This document shows positions 1 through 11,162 of a stretch of DNA of 33,726 nt, one piece after another (position 1 is the first letter of the stretch; each line of letters starts with the position of its first letter). This stretch comes from Gammaproteobacteria bacterium (lineage in GTDB: Bacteria; Pseudomonadota; Gammaproteobacteria; GCA-001735895). Where the stretch lies: contig JAOUJX010000002.1 in NCBI GenBank assembly GCA_029882955.1, positions 1-33,726 on the forward strand, given 5' to 3'. Below the pieces are notes generated by a model. It ran no database searches. It was not told the origin of the DNA and saw only the letters and a program-made list of their open reading frames with translations. The translations under genes and the position numbers were made by a program.

Positions 1-1
1 C

Positions 2-319
2 AGCGGCAAACTGGTACTGGCTGAGCATATCGACCTGAATGTCAGGGCTCTGTCGATGGGCAAGTTGCACCACGCGATGATGGGAACAGCGGCCGTCGCT
101 ATTGCAACCGCCGCAGTAATTCCAGGTACTTTAGTGAACCTGGCTGCGGGTGGTGAGGAAAAGCAAAGCGTCTGCTTCGGGCACCCTTCAGGGACTTTAC
201 GTGTTGGTGCCCAGGCGAGCCAAAGCGGTACAGACTGGGCTGTTAATAAGGTCGTAATGAGTCGGAGTGCGCGGGTTCTGATGGAGGGCTGGGTTCGGGT
301 GCCCGACGATTCGTTTTGA
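2..319 (+). CDS. PrpF / 3-methylitaconate-isomerase-family protein, C-terminal fragment (5' end lies outside the window)
   Basis: The frame is open from base 2 (SGKLVLAEHIDLNVRALSMGKLHHAMMGTAAVAIATAAVIPGTLV...GHPSGTLRV...SRSARVLMEGWVRVP). The GKLHHA..GTAAV block and the C-terminal R.AR.LMEG.V.VP block match what I recall for PrpF/Mii-type isomerases. Confidence 0.6.
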   Translation, partial: SGKLVLAEHIDLNVRALSMGKLHHAMMGTAAVAIATAAVIPGTLVNLAAGGEEKQSVCFGHPSGTLRVGAQASQSGTDWAVNKVVMSRSARVLMEGWVRVPDDSF

Positions 320-324
320 ATGCC

Positions 325-1197
325 TCACACAGAATAGTAATGCCCCATAATCCCGGCAAACACAATTGCACCAACCCAGTGATTATGCAAAAAAGCTTCG
401 AAACATTTTCCCGGTTCTCGCTTGTTGATCATGATTTGCTCGTAGATTAAAAACAGTGAGGCAACAAATAAGGCGTAATAATAAAAACTCGAAAATCCAA
501 GGTCTCGACCAATTAGCAGCAGAGTTAATATAAACAAAAACTGTAGTAGTCCGACTACTGCCCTGTCGTATTCACCGAAAAGAATTGCACTGGATTTTAC
601 CCCGACGCGTAAATCATCTTCCCGGTCGGCCATTGAGTACATGGTGTCGTAGGCGACCGCCCAGATAATATTGGCGACAAAGAGTAACCAGGCCTGTTTC
701 GGTAAAGTGCCGGTCTGGGCCGCAAAGGCCATGGGTATAGCCCAGCCGAAAGCGGCACCGAGATGAACCTGAGGCAGGTAATGAAATCGTTTCATAAACG
801 GATAGCTGGCAGCAAGCAAAACGCCGACTACTGATAACAAAATAGTGAATCGATTTAAGGTTAAAACCAGAGCGAATGACAGCAGGGAAAACAGGGCAAA
901 TACTAGAAGTGCCTCTTTCGGCTCTATTTTGCCACTGGTTAAAGGCCGGTCTCTGGTGCGAGCTATATGTAAATCGATCTCTCGGTCAGCGTAGTCATTG
1001 ATTGCACAACCCGCCGAGCGCATGAGAAAAACACCGGCGACAAATACGAGTAATATCCAGCGATCCGGGCTGCCTTCTGCCGCTATGGCGAGAGCCCATA
1101 ATGTCGGCCATAGCAGTAGATAAGTGCCGATTGGTTTTTCAAAACGGATTAACTCTGAATAAAGTTTAATTCTCTGCCGGATTAGTAATGCGCTCAT
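325..1197 (-). CDS. ubiA: 4-hydroxybenzoate polyprenyltransferase (ubiquinone biosynthesis)
   Basis: 290-aa polytopic membrane protein. It carries the UbiA prenyltransferase Asp-rich motif NDYADREID and a second acidic block, YSMADREDD. Length and N-terminus are typical of UbiA. Confidence 0.9.
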   Translation of the reverse strand: MSALLIRQRIKLYSELIRFEKPIGTYLLLWPTLWALAIAAEGSPDRWILLVFVAGVFLMRSAGCAINDYADREIDLHIARTRDRPLTSGKIEPKEALLVFALFSLLSFALVLTLNRFTILLSVVGVLLAASYPFMKRFHYLPQVHLGAAFGWAIPMAFAAQTGTLPKQAWLLFVANIIWAVAYDTMYSMADREDDLRVGVKSSAILFGEYDRAVVGLLQFLFILTLLLIGRDLGFSSFYYYALFVASLFLIYEQIMINKREPGKCFEAFLHNHWVGAIVFAGIMGHYYSV

Positions 1198-1270
1198 GCT
1201 GAATAATGCTTATTTATAGTCCTGAATTTCGATACTATAGCGCGCTATTTCCCCACTGTCAGGAAGATGC

Positions 1271-1801
1271 ATGTTAAAAGCGTTTGAAGAGCTTATGCCG
1301 ACTGTTGCCGGTTCAGCCTATGTCGACGAAACAGCGGTAGTTATCGGCGATGTGGTCATTGGTGAAGACAGTTCGGTGTGGCCGATTACTGCGATCCGCG
1401 GTGATGTAAATATTATTCGTATCGGAAATTCGACCAATATCCAGGATGGCTCGGTACTGCATGGCTCGCACGCAAGCGAGTTCAATCCGAATGGTGCGGA
1501 GTTACACATCGGTGATCAGGTCACTGTGGGTCACAAGGTTTTATTGCACGGCTGTCGCATAGGTAATCTGTGCCTGATCGGCATGGGTTCGATCGTGATG
1601 GACAACGCCATCGTTGGAGACCAGGTGATCGTCGGCTCAGGCTCGCTGGTAACACCGGGTAAAGAGCTCGAATCGGGCTATATGTACCTGGGCTCGCCAG
1701 CCAGAAAAGTCAGGGCATTAACCGAGCGCGAAAAAGAGTCCCTGGCCTATACGGCTAACTACTATGTATCGCTAAAAAACAAATATAAAACACCTGTTTA
1801 G
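1271..1801 (+). CDS. Gamma-carbonic-anhydrase-like hexapeptide-repeat protein (YrdA/PaaY family)
   Basis: 176 aa with left-handed beta-helix hexapeptide repeats throughout (VIGDVVIGEDSSVWP, IRIGNSTNIQDGSVLH, IGDQVTVGHKVLLHGCRIG, IVGDQVIVGSGSLV). The size fits the YrdA family. Confidence 0.8.
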   Translation: MLKAFEELMPTVAGSAYVDETAVVIGDVVIGEDSSVWPITAIRGDVNIIRIGNSTNIQDGSVLHGSHASEFNPNGAELHIGDQVTVGHKVLLHGCRIGNLCLIGMGSIVMDNAIVGDQVIVGSGSLVTPGKELESGYMYLGSPARKVRALTEREKESLAYTANYYVSLKNKYKTPV

Positions 1802-1819
1802 AATGGTCAGGGCTTATCA

Positions 1820-1984
1820 ATGAAACAATGGGAATGCATTATCTGTGGCTATGTCTATGATGAAGCCGAAGGCTGGCCGGACGACGGTATCGCAGCGGGG
1901 ACCCAATGGCAGGATGTGCCAGAAGACTGGTTGTGCCCAGACTGTGGCATGGGCAAGGAAGATTTTGAGATGGTAGAAGTTTAG
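1820..1984 (+). CDS. Rubredoxin (54 aa)
   Basis: Absent from the supplied ORF track because it is under 60 aa. It runs from ATG 1820 to TAG 1982-1984 and encodes [54 protein letters not shown]. Both rubredoxin Cys knuckles (CIICG and CPDCG) and the conserved aromatic core are present. It starts 18 nt after the preceding stop. Confidence 0.9.
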   Translation: MKQWECIICGYVYDEAEGWPDDGIAAGTQWQDVPEDWLCPDCGMGKEDFEMVEV

Positions 1985-1985
1985 T

Positions 1986-2876
1986 CTATCCGTGTACCTG
2001 CAAAGCGACTTCGCGCAAACCTCTCAGCGCTAATTCGAGAGTTTCTGGATCGCGGGCTGTTTCGGTATAAACCATATAAGCAGGGCGCTGTAATTGCGGC
2101 GCTTCTTCAACCATGAAAAATTGCTGCTGATCCAGATGTGGTTGTACCACGCGCATCGGGAAGTAACCCGAACCACCATTCTGCAGGATATATTCCAGCC
2201 CCAGCGCACCCAACCCCACCGATATAGCAGGCGTTTCCATATCAGGAAATGCCTCTCCGTGAGCGGCACGAAACTCGTTACCCCAGTCGACGAAGACATA
2301 ATCCTCAACCCAGCCATGGCGTAGTTTGCGTAGATCGGTGGCGACGAGCACCAGCGTTTCTTCGAGCAGTTTTTCGATGATCAGGCCGGGGGTTTGTCTG
2401 GGATGATACATCACCCCGATATCAAGCAAACCATCGGATAATTGCCGCATCAGGCTGGGCGAGTAGTCGGCCTCGACATGCAGGGCAACATCGGTGGCGT
2501 TGCGTCGCATCCACGGCATCCATTTTAAAACCAGACTATCCCACAGGCTTATCTGTAAACCGAGCCCGATGCCGTGGCTAAAGCTTTCGGGCAGGGTAAC
2601 CCGTTGATGGGCCTGTTGCCACAGGCGCTGGATATTCTGAGCGTATTGCTGAAAATGAAGTCCGGCAGAAGTGAGTTCGACGCCGCTATGGCTGCGTTTG
2701 AACAGGCGACGACCGAAACTGTCTTCCATCGATTTGACCCGGGCACTAACGGTTGATTGAGTTACATGGAGGAGTTCGGCAGCACGATTAAAGTTCCCGC
2801 AATCGGCGATTTCCAGAAAGGTGCGTATGTGTTCTATTTTCACGGGCTGCTCACAGGAGTGGAGAAAAAGAGTCAA
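1986..2876 (-). CDS. LysR-family transcriptional regulator
   Basis: N-terminal winged HTH (IRTFLEIADCGNFNRAAELLHVTQSTVSARVKSME) followed by a LysR substrate-binding domain. The track start at 2876 is TTG. An in-frame GTG at 2843 (VKIEHIRTF) gives a more canonical LysR N-terminus, so the start is uncertain. Confidence 0.85.
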   Translation of the reverse strand: MTLFLHSCEQPVKIEHIRTFLEIADCGNFNRAAELLHVTQSTVSARVKSMEDSFGRRLFKRSHSGVELTSAGLHFQQYAQNIQRLWQQAHQRVTLPESFSHGIGLGLQISLWDSLVLKWMPWMRRNATDVALHVEADYSPSLMRQLSDGLLDIGVMYHPRQTPGLIIEKLLEETLVLVATDLRKLRHGWVEDYVFVDWGNEFRAAHGEAFPDMETPAISVGLGALGLEYILQNGGSGYFPMRVVQPHLDQQQFFMVEEAPQLQRPAYMVYTETARDPETLELALRGLREVALQVHG

Positions 2877-3099
2877 TCGGATTTATCGATTAAAGTTAGA
2901 ATAAAAACTCACTATTCAAATACCTTTTTATCACTAAACAGCCGCTCTGGAAAGTAACGAGGGTGGAAAATGCAAGGTGCGGGGATATTGGTAATCACTC
3001 CACCAATCGATTGCTGGAAGGTGGTAGTAGCCGCAGTGCCACCGACACCATAACAAACCTGAAGTGGTATTAGATGCTCTTCGCGCGGTATGCCGGAAC

Positions 3100-5242
<2,143 letters not shown>

Positions 5243-5295
5243 TTACTCGTTTTTACTGGTCGCGAATTTATTGCTGGGATAATAACATTCGAGAC

Positions 5296-5322
5296 ATAAA
5301 AAAGCCCCGCGATGGCGAGGCT
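5296..5322 (-). terminator. Rho-independent terminator/attenuator after rpmA
   Basis: Minus-strand hairpin AAGCCUCGC-CAUC-GCGGGGCUU (9 bp including one G-U pair) followed by a U6 run (plus-strand A run at 5297-5302). It lies between rpmA and obg. Confidence 0.6.
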
Positions 5323-5349
5323 TTATTTGATCTGACTGTTGTCGTCGGA

Positions 5350-5607
5350 TCAGGCGTTCACAACACTCACGAAGGTGCGGTTGTGACGGCCTTTAACGCG
5401 GAACTCGACCTTGCCTTCGGCTTTCGCGTATAAAGTATGGTCCTTGCCACAGCCGACATTATCTCCCGGGTGGAATTTGGTGCCACGCTGGCGGATGATA
5501 ATGTTACCGGGAATAACAACTTCGCCACCGAATTTCTTCACACCAAGGCGTTTAGACTCCGAATCACGACCGTTGCGGGTACTACCTGCTGCTTTCTTAT
5601 GTGCCAT
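5350..5607 (-). CDS. rpmA: 50S ribosomal protein L27
   Basis: 85 aa beginning [24 protein letters not shown].., the canonical L27 N-terminus. Confidence 0.97.
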   Translation of the reverse strand: MAHKKAAGSTRNGRDSESKRLGVKKFGGEVVIPGNIIIRQRGTKFHPGDNVGCGKDHTLYAKAEGKVEFRVKGRHNRTFVSVVNA

Positions 5608-5619
5608 TTCTCAGACCCC

Positions 5620-5931
5620 TTATGCCTTGATATCTGTGACTTCAATTTCGGTATAGCTCTGGCGATGGCCTGCCTGAGTACGCGAATGCTTACGGCGACG
5701 AAATTTAATGATTTCGACTTTCTTGCCACGACCGTGCGACTTGATAGTCGCTGTGACAGCGCCTTTGTCGAGCATTGGTGTGCCGACAGAGATTTTATCG
5801 CCATCAGCAACCATTAAAACGCCGTCGAGATCGACCGAAGAGCCTTCTTCGCCCTCTAATTTTTCAACGCGCAGGGTCTCGCCCTTGGTAACGCGATACT
5901 GTTTTCCGCCTGTGGCGATGACAGCGTACAT
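5620..5931 (-). CDS. rplU: 50S ribosomal protein L21
   Basis: 103 aa beginning [25 protein letters not shown].., canonical L21, directly upstream of rpmA. Confidence 0.97.
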   Translation of the reverse strand: MYAVIATGGKQYRVTKGETLRVEKLEGEEGSSVDLDGVLMVADGDKISVGTPMLDKGAVTATIKSHGRGKKVEIIKFRRRKHSRTQAGHRQSYTEIEVTDIKA

Positions 5932-5966
5932 GTGTTGCTCCGAACCGATACTAAAAAAGGTGGCGA

Positions 5967-5995
5967 ATTCTAGCTTTTGTTTAGGGCTGCGTCAA
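5967..5995 (-). promoter_or_regulatory. Sigma-70-type promoter for rplU-rpmA
   Basis: Read on the minus strand: TTGACG (5995-5990), a 17-nt spacer, then TAGAAT (5972-5967). The -10 element lies about 35 nt upstream of the rplU ATG. Confidence 0.6.
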
Positions 5996-6538
5996 TGCTT
6001 TGTTGTTTAATACTCTGACTAATTGATCAGCTAATTAATAGTCCAGTCATAACTACCGTTATCAGGCCCTTTCGGCGCCTTCAATAGTTTTTTCTTACTT
6101 AGCGACGGTAACAATTTCCCGGATCTGGGGCTAATAAGGAAATAGTTTCCTCGAGTTCACAGGCACTGCCCAGGTGGGCTATTAATCGATCGCCCGCAAT
6201 GCTTTTTAAAAGGGTGTGGAAATGTGGATTAATTTCTATGCTAAGAAGTTTGGCATACTGAGGCATCGCACGCAGTATTGCACGTAATTAATGGGACGCT
6301 ACCCGAAATGGCATTTAACTTAGGCACTAAAACGGCCACCCGTCGTATCGGACTCCGATCCGGTACCCATTACAAAGAGGCTCCAGAGCTTACAGTAAAC
6401 ATGCTTCAATGGATTCCGGCTCGGAGGCCGGAATGACAAAAACAGGGTTTCCAGCCTTAAGTTCCAGCACAATAATCGAGAGAAAAGGTGAGACGATGAA
6501 GCGGACCAGGAAGGGCGGGTGAGCTTATGGGCACGGCC

Positions 6539-7297
6539 TTACATTGGCTCGAGCTTGCCGGTCAAACTGCTCAAAAATGGTTTAAAGGCGTCCAGGTCCC
6601 AGGGGCGTATAGCGACCAGTAAACCCTGATTGTAGCGTTTTTCCAAGGGTAAATTTATATCCTGGCGATGCAAATCGGTAAACTCTACCGTCAATGCCCT
6701 TAGTTTATTTATCATCACCTGGGTTGATGAATCGCCTAACAGACCAAACTCGAAAAGGCGCAATTCACGCTCTTTATTAAAATTTGATTTAAGAAACTGG
6801 GTTTGTATCTGTTGCTGAAAAAAGCGCTCAATCGGCCCATGCGGGAGCCAGTTAAAATAGTCGTCAATGAGCAGTTTAATGCGGTTATTGGGCAACAGGT
6901 CGATTATCTTTAACCGGTCGAGCCGGGCCAGGCAGCGAATGCATTCTGCCTCGGATATTTGATAATGCGTAATAATGTCTTCATAACTCAGATGATTGCG
7001 CACACTCACCGCAACCAGTAATAGTTTGGCGTCGCTGACCAGTTCTTTCTCCTGTTCCTGGGTCAGGCTGGAGATTCTCTGACGCGACTCATCGTAAAGT
7101 ACGAACAGGTCGCTCAATTCAAGCTGCATTAAACCGCAAATCTGTTCCAGCCTCTGCAGAGTCAAGCGCTGCGTGGCAAACAGTCGTTTCACATTGGCTT
7201 CGCTCATGCCCAGATGTTGCGCTACATCCAGATAAGTAAAACCAGTGTTTTTCAGTGCCTGCTTGAGGGTTTTTAATAGTGCTGCGGTTTGAGCCAT
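6539..7297 (-). CDS. XRE/Cro-C1-type HTH transcriptional regulator with an uncharacterised ~180-aa C-terminal domain
   Basis: N-terminal HTH (LKNTGFTYLDVAQHLGMSEANVKRLFATQRLTLQRLEQICGLMQLELSDLF). The rest has no motif I recognise. It is divergent from the VIT-vWA gene across a 129-bp AT-rich spacer. Confidence 0.7.
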   Translation of the reverse strand: MAQTAALLKTLKQALKNTGFTYLDVAQHLGMSEANVKRLFATQRLTLQRLEQICGLMQLELSDLFVLYDESRQRISSLTQEQEKELVSDAKLLLVAVSVRNHLSYEDIITHYQISEAECIRCLARLDRLKIIDLLPNNRIKLLIDDYFNWLPHGPIERFFQQQIQTQFLKSNFNKERELRLFEFGLLGDSSTQVMINKLRALTVEFTDLHRQDINLPLEKRYNQGLLVAIRPWDLDAFKPFLSSLTGKLEPM

Positions 7298-7426
7298 TAC
7301 CTTACTCCTGAAGAGTATTACTAAAATATACTTTGGGTTAACAAATATTAAACTAAAGCGGAAAAGGTTTAAATAAAATATCTTTTGTCGAAACTATGCC
7401 TTTCTATCACAAGAACGGAGAAGGCA

Positions 7427-9487
7427 ATGAAACCCTTACAACAAATCAACAAATGGCTGGCGATAACGATTTTCGCGCTTTTTAGTAACTTAATCGTCGC
7501 AGGCAACAGTCTGGCAGCCGGACTGTTAACGCCGGTAAATGCACAGTTTTCAAGCCTTGAAATCAGGCAACATGACGTCAGCGTCATCATCGAAGACGGT
7601 TACGCGATCACCACGGTCGAGCAGGTTTTCTCCAACCCTCACGCCCAGGACCTGGAAGCCATTTATTCTTTTCCAGTACCGCAAAAAGGCGCTGTGGCCG
7701 AATTTACCGTCTGGATTGATGGTAAACCCGTGACTGGTGAAGTGCTGGAAAAGCAGCAGGCGCGCGAGCTCTACGAAACCGAAAAAGCCGCCGGTCGCGA
7801 TGCTGGTCTGATGGAGAAGGACGAATATAAAACCTTCGACATGAAGGTCTACCCGGTTCGCGCGGGTCAGGATACGCGTCTGCGGTTTGTATATCTGCAA
7901 CCCGCCCATGTCGATACCGGCATTGGTCGTTATGTTTACCCGTTGGAAGAAGGTGGCGTCGACGAGCAGAAGCTTTCATTCTGGACGGCCAACGAGTCGG
8001 TCAAAGAAACCTTCAATTTTAACCTTGAGTTAAAATCGGCCTATCCGGTTGAAGCCCTGCGCTTGCCCAGCCAACCACAGGCGATTATCACACAGGCCAA
8101 TGCCGGCGAATGGAAGGCTAATCTGTCAACCGCATCGACGAGTCAGCTTGAAGAAGGCATGACCCAGTCCAACGGCAATCAACCCGCTTTCAAGCTGGAT
8201 CAGGACATAGTCGTCTACTGGCGTCATCAGGCCGGTCTGCCGGGCAGCGTAGATATGATCACTTATAAACCCGAAGGCAGCAGCAAGGGCACATTTATGT
8301 TAACTCTCACTCCTGGAGACGATTTAAAACCGGTGACCGAAGGCAGAGACTGGATATTTGTACTCGATATCTCGGGTTCTATGAACGGAAAATACGCCAC
8401 CCTGGTCGATGGCGTACAGAGAGCATTAACAAAAATGAAGCCGGATGATCGCTTCCGGGTGGTTTTATTCAACAGTAATGCGCGTGAACTGACCAACGGC
8501 TATGTGAACGCCACACCCGAAATGATTAAATACTACAGCGATGCCCTGCTACAGGTGAGTCCCAGTGACGGTACCAATCTTTACGCGGGTTTAAAGACCG
8601 GCCTGAGATCGATTGATGCCGATCGCACCAGTGCCATCGTACTGGTTACCGATGGCGTCGCCAACGTTGGAGAGACCAGGCAGAAGCAATTTATCAAGCT
8701 GTTAAAAACGAAAGACATCCGCCTGTTTACTTTTATTATGGGTAATAGCGCCAACACCCCGATGCTGCAAACCCTGACCGATGAATCGAATGGTTTTGCA
8801 ACCAGCGTTTCCAACAGCGACGATATAGTCGGCAAAATCCTGGAAGCGACCAGCAAGGTAACCCACCAGAGCCTGCACGGTGTCGATTTGTCGATCAAAG
8901 GCGTCAAGACCTCGGAATTGACCCCGAATAAAATATCCAGTCTTTATCGTGGTCAGCAACTGATAGTGTTCGGTCACTACTGGGGCGATGGCGTCGCCGA
9001 TATCCGCTTGACCGGCAAGATTTCAGGTGAGAAAAAAGATTATAGTACCCAGGTTGAATTTCCAGCGAGCAGCAGGTTACATCCCGAGCTGGAAAGGTTA
9101 TGGGCTTACGCATCAATCGAAGATATGATGACTGAAATTCGTAACTTCGATGAAGGCGCCGACCTGAAGCAGGCGGTAACCGACCTCGCAATCGAGCATG
9201 GACTGGTAACAGACTACACCGCCATGGTCGTAGTACGCGACGAAGTGTTCGACTCACAGGGCATTAAGCGCCAGAACAAACAGCGCCTCGAGACCGAAAA
9301 GCAGGCGCAGCAACAACGCGCCAGCCAGGCCGCTACTTCAAACCGGGTCGACAGTCAGCAACCCATGTTTAAATCCAGTCGTCCGAGCCATAGTGGTAGC
9401 GGTTCATTTGATAGCTGGTTTTTGACACTGTTACCTTTGCTGTTGTTGATCGGGCAATTTAGGAGCAGGGTTGTTGGTACTAAGTAA
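7427..9487 (+). CDS. Secreted VIT-domain + von Willebrand factor A-domain protein with a C-terminal TM/basic sorting-like tail
   Basis: The track ORF begins at TTG 7385. ATG 7427 is preceded by GGAGAAGG and yields a signal peptide (MKPLQQINKWLAITIFALFSNLIVAGNSLAAG). The VIT-like N-domain includes VSVIIEDGYAITTVEQVFSNP...YSFPVP...AEFTVWIDG. The vWA domain has the MIDAS motif DxSxS (FVLDISGSMNG). The C-terminus reads SGSGSFDSWFLTLLPLLLLIGQFRSR. Confidence 0.85.
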   Translation: MKPLQQINKWLAITIFALFSNLIVAGNSLAAGLLTPVNAQFSSLEIRQHDVSVIIEDGYAITTVEQVFSNPHAQDLEAIYSFPVPQKGAVAEFTVWIDGKPVTGEVLEKQQARELYETEKAAGRDAGLMEKDEYKTFDMKVYPVRAGQDTRLRFVYLQPAHVDTGIGRYVYPLEEGGVDEQKLSFWTANESVKETFNFNLELKSAYPVEALRLPSQPQAIITQANAGEWKANLSTASTSQLEEGMTQSNGNQPAFKLDQDIVVYWRHQAGLPGSVDMITYKPEGSSKGTFMLTLTPGDDLKPVTEGRDWIFVLDISGSMNGKYATLVDGVQRALTKMKPDDRFRVVLFNSNARELTNGYVNATPEMIKYYSDALLQVSPSDGTNLYAGLKTGLRSIDADRTSAIVLVTDGVANVGETRQKQFIKLLKTKDIRLFTFIMGNSANTPMLQTLTDESNGFATSVSNSDDIVGKILEATSKVTHQSLHGVDLSIKGVKTSELTPNKISSLYRGQQLIVFGHYWGDGVADIRLTGKISGEKKDYSTQVEFPASSRLHPELERLWAYASIEDMMTEIRNFDEGADLKQAVTDLAIEHGLVTDYTAMVVVRDEVFDSQGIKRQNKQRLETEKQAQQQRASQAATSNRVDSQQPMFKSSRPSHSGSGSFDSWFLTLLPLLLLIGQFRSRVVGTK

Positions 9488-9512
9488 ATAGAGAGATTTA
9501 TAGTGATAATCG

Positions 9513-9547
9513 AAGGGCCAGGTGTATTCTGGCCCTTTTGGGTTTTG
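9513..9547 (+). terminator. Rho-independent terminator of the VIT-vWA gene
   Basis: 9-bp stem AAGGGCCAG (9513-9521) / CTGGCCCTT (9529-9537) with a 7-nt loop, followed by TTGGGTTTTG. It starts 26 nt after the stop codon. Confidence 0.7.
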
Positions 9548-10019
9548 ACTTCTTTAAGCGAATAGCGACTGGTGCGGCTTTCTGGAACTCATGGAATCCA
9601 GTCCGGTAAAGATCGAGCGTATTTATAACGAAAAGCCAGGTCGATGTGATGAGACTATAGGGTATTTTTCAAATCAGACTCAGCGAGCAGAGCGAGTCTT
9701 GGGGTTCTGTTAATAGGTGTACGGACTCTAATTCTCTGAGTAAATTTGTTTACGATTTCATCCTTTGCGGTCGTTCAACAACACAGGATAAATCTCTGGA
9801 GTCGACCCGTAGCGGAGATTTCAGTGAATTAATAGTAAAGGCTGATTCGAAGGCAACAAGGGTTCCGGTCGATTATGAATCCCCCTAGATGCCGATACAG
9901 TTTGATAAAAAAGAGAATTATTTCTAATTGACCAACCCGTTTTTCGAGGAGTGGTTCTCGAAATGTATTGGTTGCTTCCTTGTATTATTCATAACAATAA
10001 AAAAAATAGGGAATGACTA

Positions 10020-10217
10020 ATGAAAAAGCACAACACGAAGAAGCATCAAAAAGGTTTTTTTGATCTCGGTTTATCTTTCGCAATATTGACTCTAGCCGGT
10101 GGGTTTGCCTATTACGCTACGCCCGAACACGACGACAGAGTCGCTTTGAATGAATCTCAGATCGAAGTCGCAGTTAAGGCGGAATCCCACAGTAATAATG
10201 CCCACCTTTATGAATAG
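10020..10217 (+). CDS. Hypothetical small single-pass membrane protein (65 aa)
   Basis: Basic N-terminus (MKKHNTKKHQK) followed by one hydrophobic helix (LGLSFAILTLAGGFAYYA). The SD is weak (AGGGA). I recognise no family. It sits in an AT-rich, otherwise ORF-free region. Confidence 0.3.
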   Translation: MKKHNTKKHQKGFFDLGLSFAILTLAGGFAYYATPEHDDRVALNESQIEVAVKAESHSNNAHLYE

Positions 10218-10677
10218 AGGAAATTGGCAGGCAATTATAATCAATTTAAATTTATAGTGTGCCGCTTAACCACATCTTCTCTCGTTAAGGGGGGAGATGT
10301 GGAGCCATCAACACAGCATGGTATGGGTGTTGATTCGTGCTCAAACTTGACCCAGGATTTACACCGATTATTGACCCGTTCATATCTATTAAAGTGATTG
10401 CATGAATTACTAGACCTCCCTGTATGGCAGGTCAATATTTAACGTAAATCAACAGCCACTCTCACTTTTATCGCAGAGCGTAAGGTTTGTGGCAACCGTA
10501 ATATCTGTCCCTCAGAAGTTACCCAAATAGTCGAAGAAAACAGTACTTCTTAAACGTCCGCACCTGGCCGAAAGCACTAGTTCCCAGGTAACCTCCTCGA
10601 ACTATGAAGCACCCTATAATATTCCGCCATAAAATCCCTACTATAAAAACCTAACTCCCCAAATATTCATCAACAAA

Positions 10678-10882
10678 CTAGCGCGGTTTCACAACCCGAA
10701 TACCCTGGTAACCATCCACCTCCAGCAAATGCTTATCTCCAGATACGATTACCTCAACCTGTCCAGCTATTGCGCAGGCAATACTGTAGTTTCCCGTCGC
10801 TCCAGGCCTTTAGGATATGAAAAGGTGGGCCGCTAAAACATATACAGGATACCAGCACATTGGTATCCACAATTACTCTCAC
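10678..10882 (-). pseudogene. PIN-domain (VapC-like) toxin remnant with an internal deletion and frameshift
   Basis: A GTG at 10882 overlaps the antitoxin stop in a 4-nt GTGA arrangement. The N-terminal piece, MRVIVDTNVLVSCICFSGPPFHILKAWSDGKLQ, is a typical PIN start (DTNVL). The frame then breaks. A second frame reads IACAIAGQVEVIVSGDKHLLEVDGYQGIRVVKPR*, a typical PIN C-terminus (SGDKHLL). The total of 205 nt is not a multiple of 3 and is about half a normal PIN gene. Confidence 0.65.
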
Positions 10883-11154
10883 TTTTCATTCCTTGCCTGT
10901 GCAATCGCATCTTTTATATCAGTCTTTTTTAATCCGCTAGCCTTCGCCTGTGATCGAGCTTGCTTTATCAACCCGTCAAACTCGCTTAAAGCTGGTCCTG
11001 ATATTCGCTTTAAAATCACCACATCTTTATCACCCAGAACGACAAATTGAGAACCTGCTTCAAGATCAAGCTGCTGTCTAATATTTTCCGGGATTACTAC
11101 CTGTCCTTTCGATGACATTTTAGTGGTTGGAATGCTAGATGCTGTTGTTGTCAT
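10879..11154 (-). CDS. AbrB/SpoVT-fold antitoxin (VapB/MazE-like)
   Basis: 91 aa with an SSKGQVVIPENIRQQLDLEAGSQFVV swapped-hairpin motif. GGTGA lies 7 nt upstream of the ATG. A PIN remnant follows immediately. Confidence 0.75.
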   Translation of the reverse strand: MTTTASSIPTTKMSSKGQVVIPENIRQQLDLEAGSQFVVLGDKDVVILKRISGPALSEFDGLIKQARSQAKASGLKKTDIKDAIAQARNEK

Positions 11155-11162
11155 GGTTAATC

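Noticed and set aside
9842-9851. CTGATTCGAA, a 10-nt match to the T-arm region of tRNA-Met (11280-11289), considered as a possible att-type direct repeat delimiting an island
   Set aside because: It is too short, is not extended on either side and does not include the tRNA 3' end. It is compatible with chance in a 5-kb region.
10241-10435. 64-aa minus-strand ORF (MTCHTGRSSNSCNHF...)
   Set aside because: Cys/Arg/Asn-rich odd composition, no SD and no motif. It sits in AT-rich decayed DNA and is probably not a gene.
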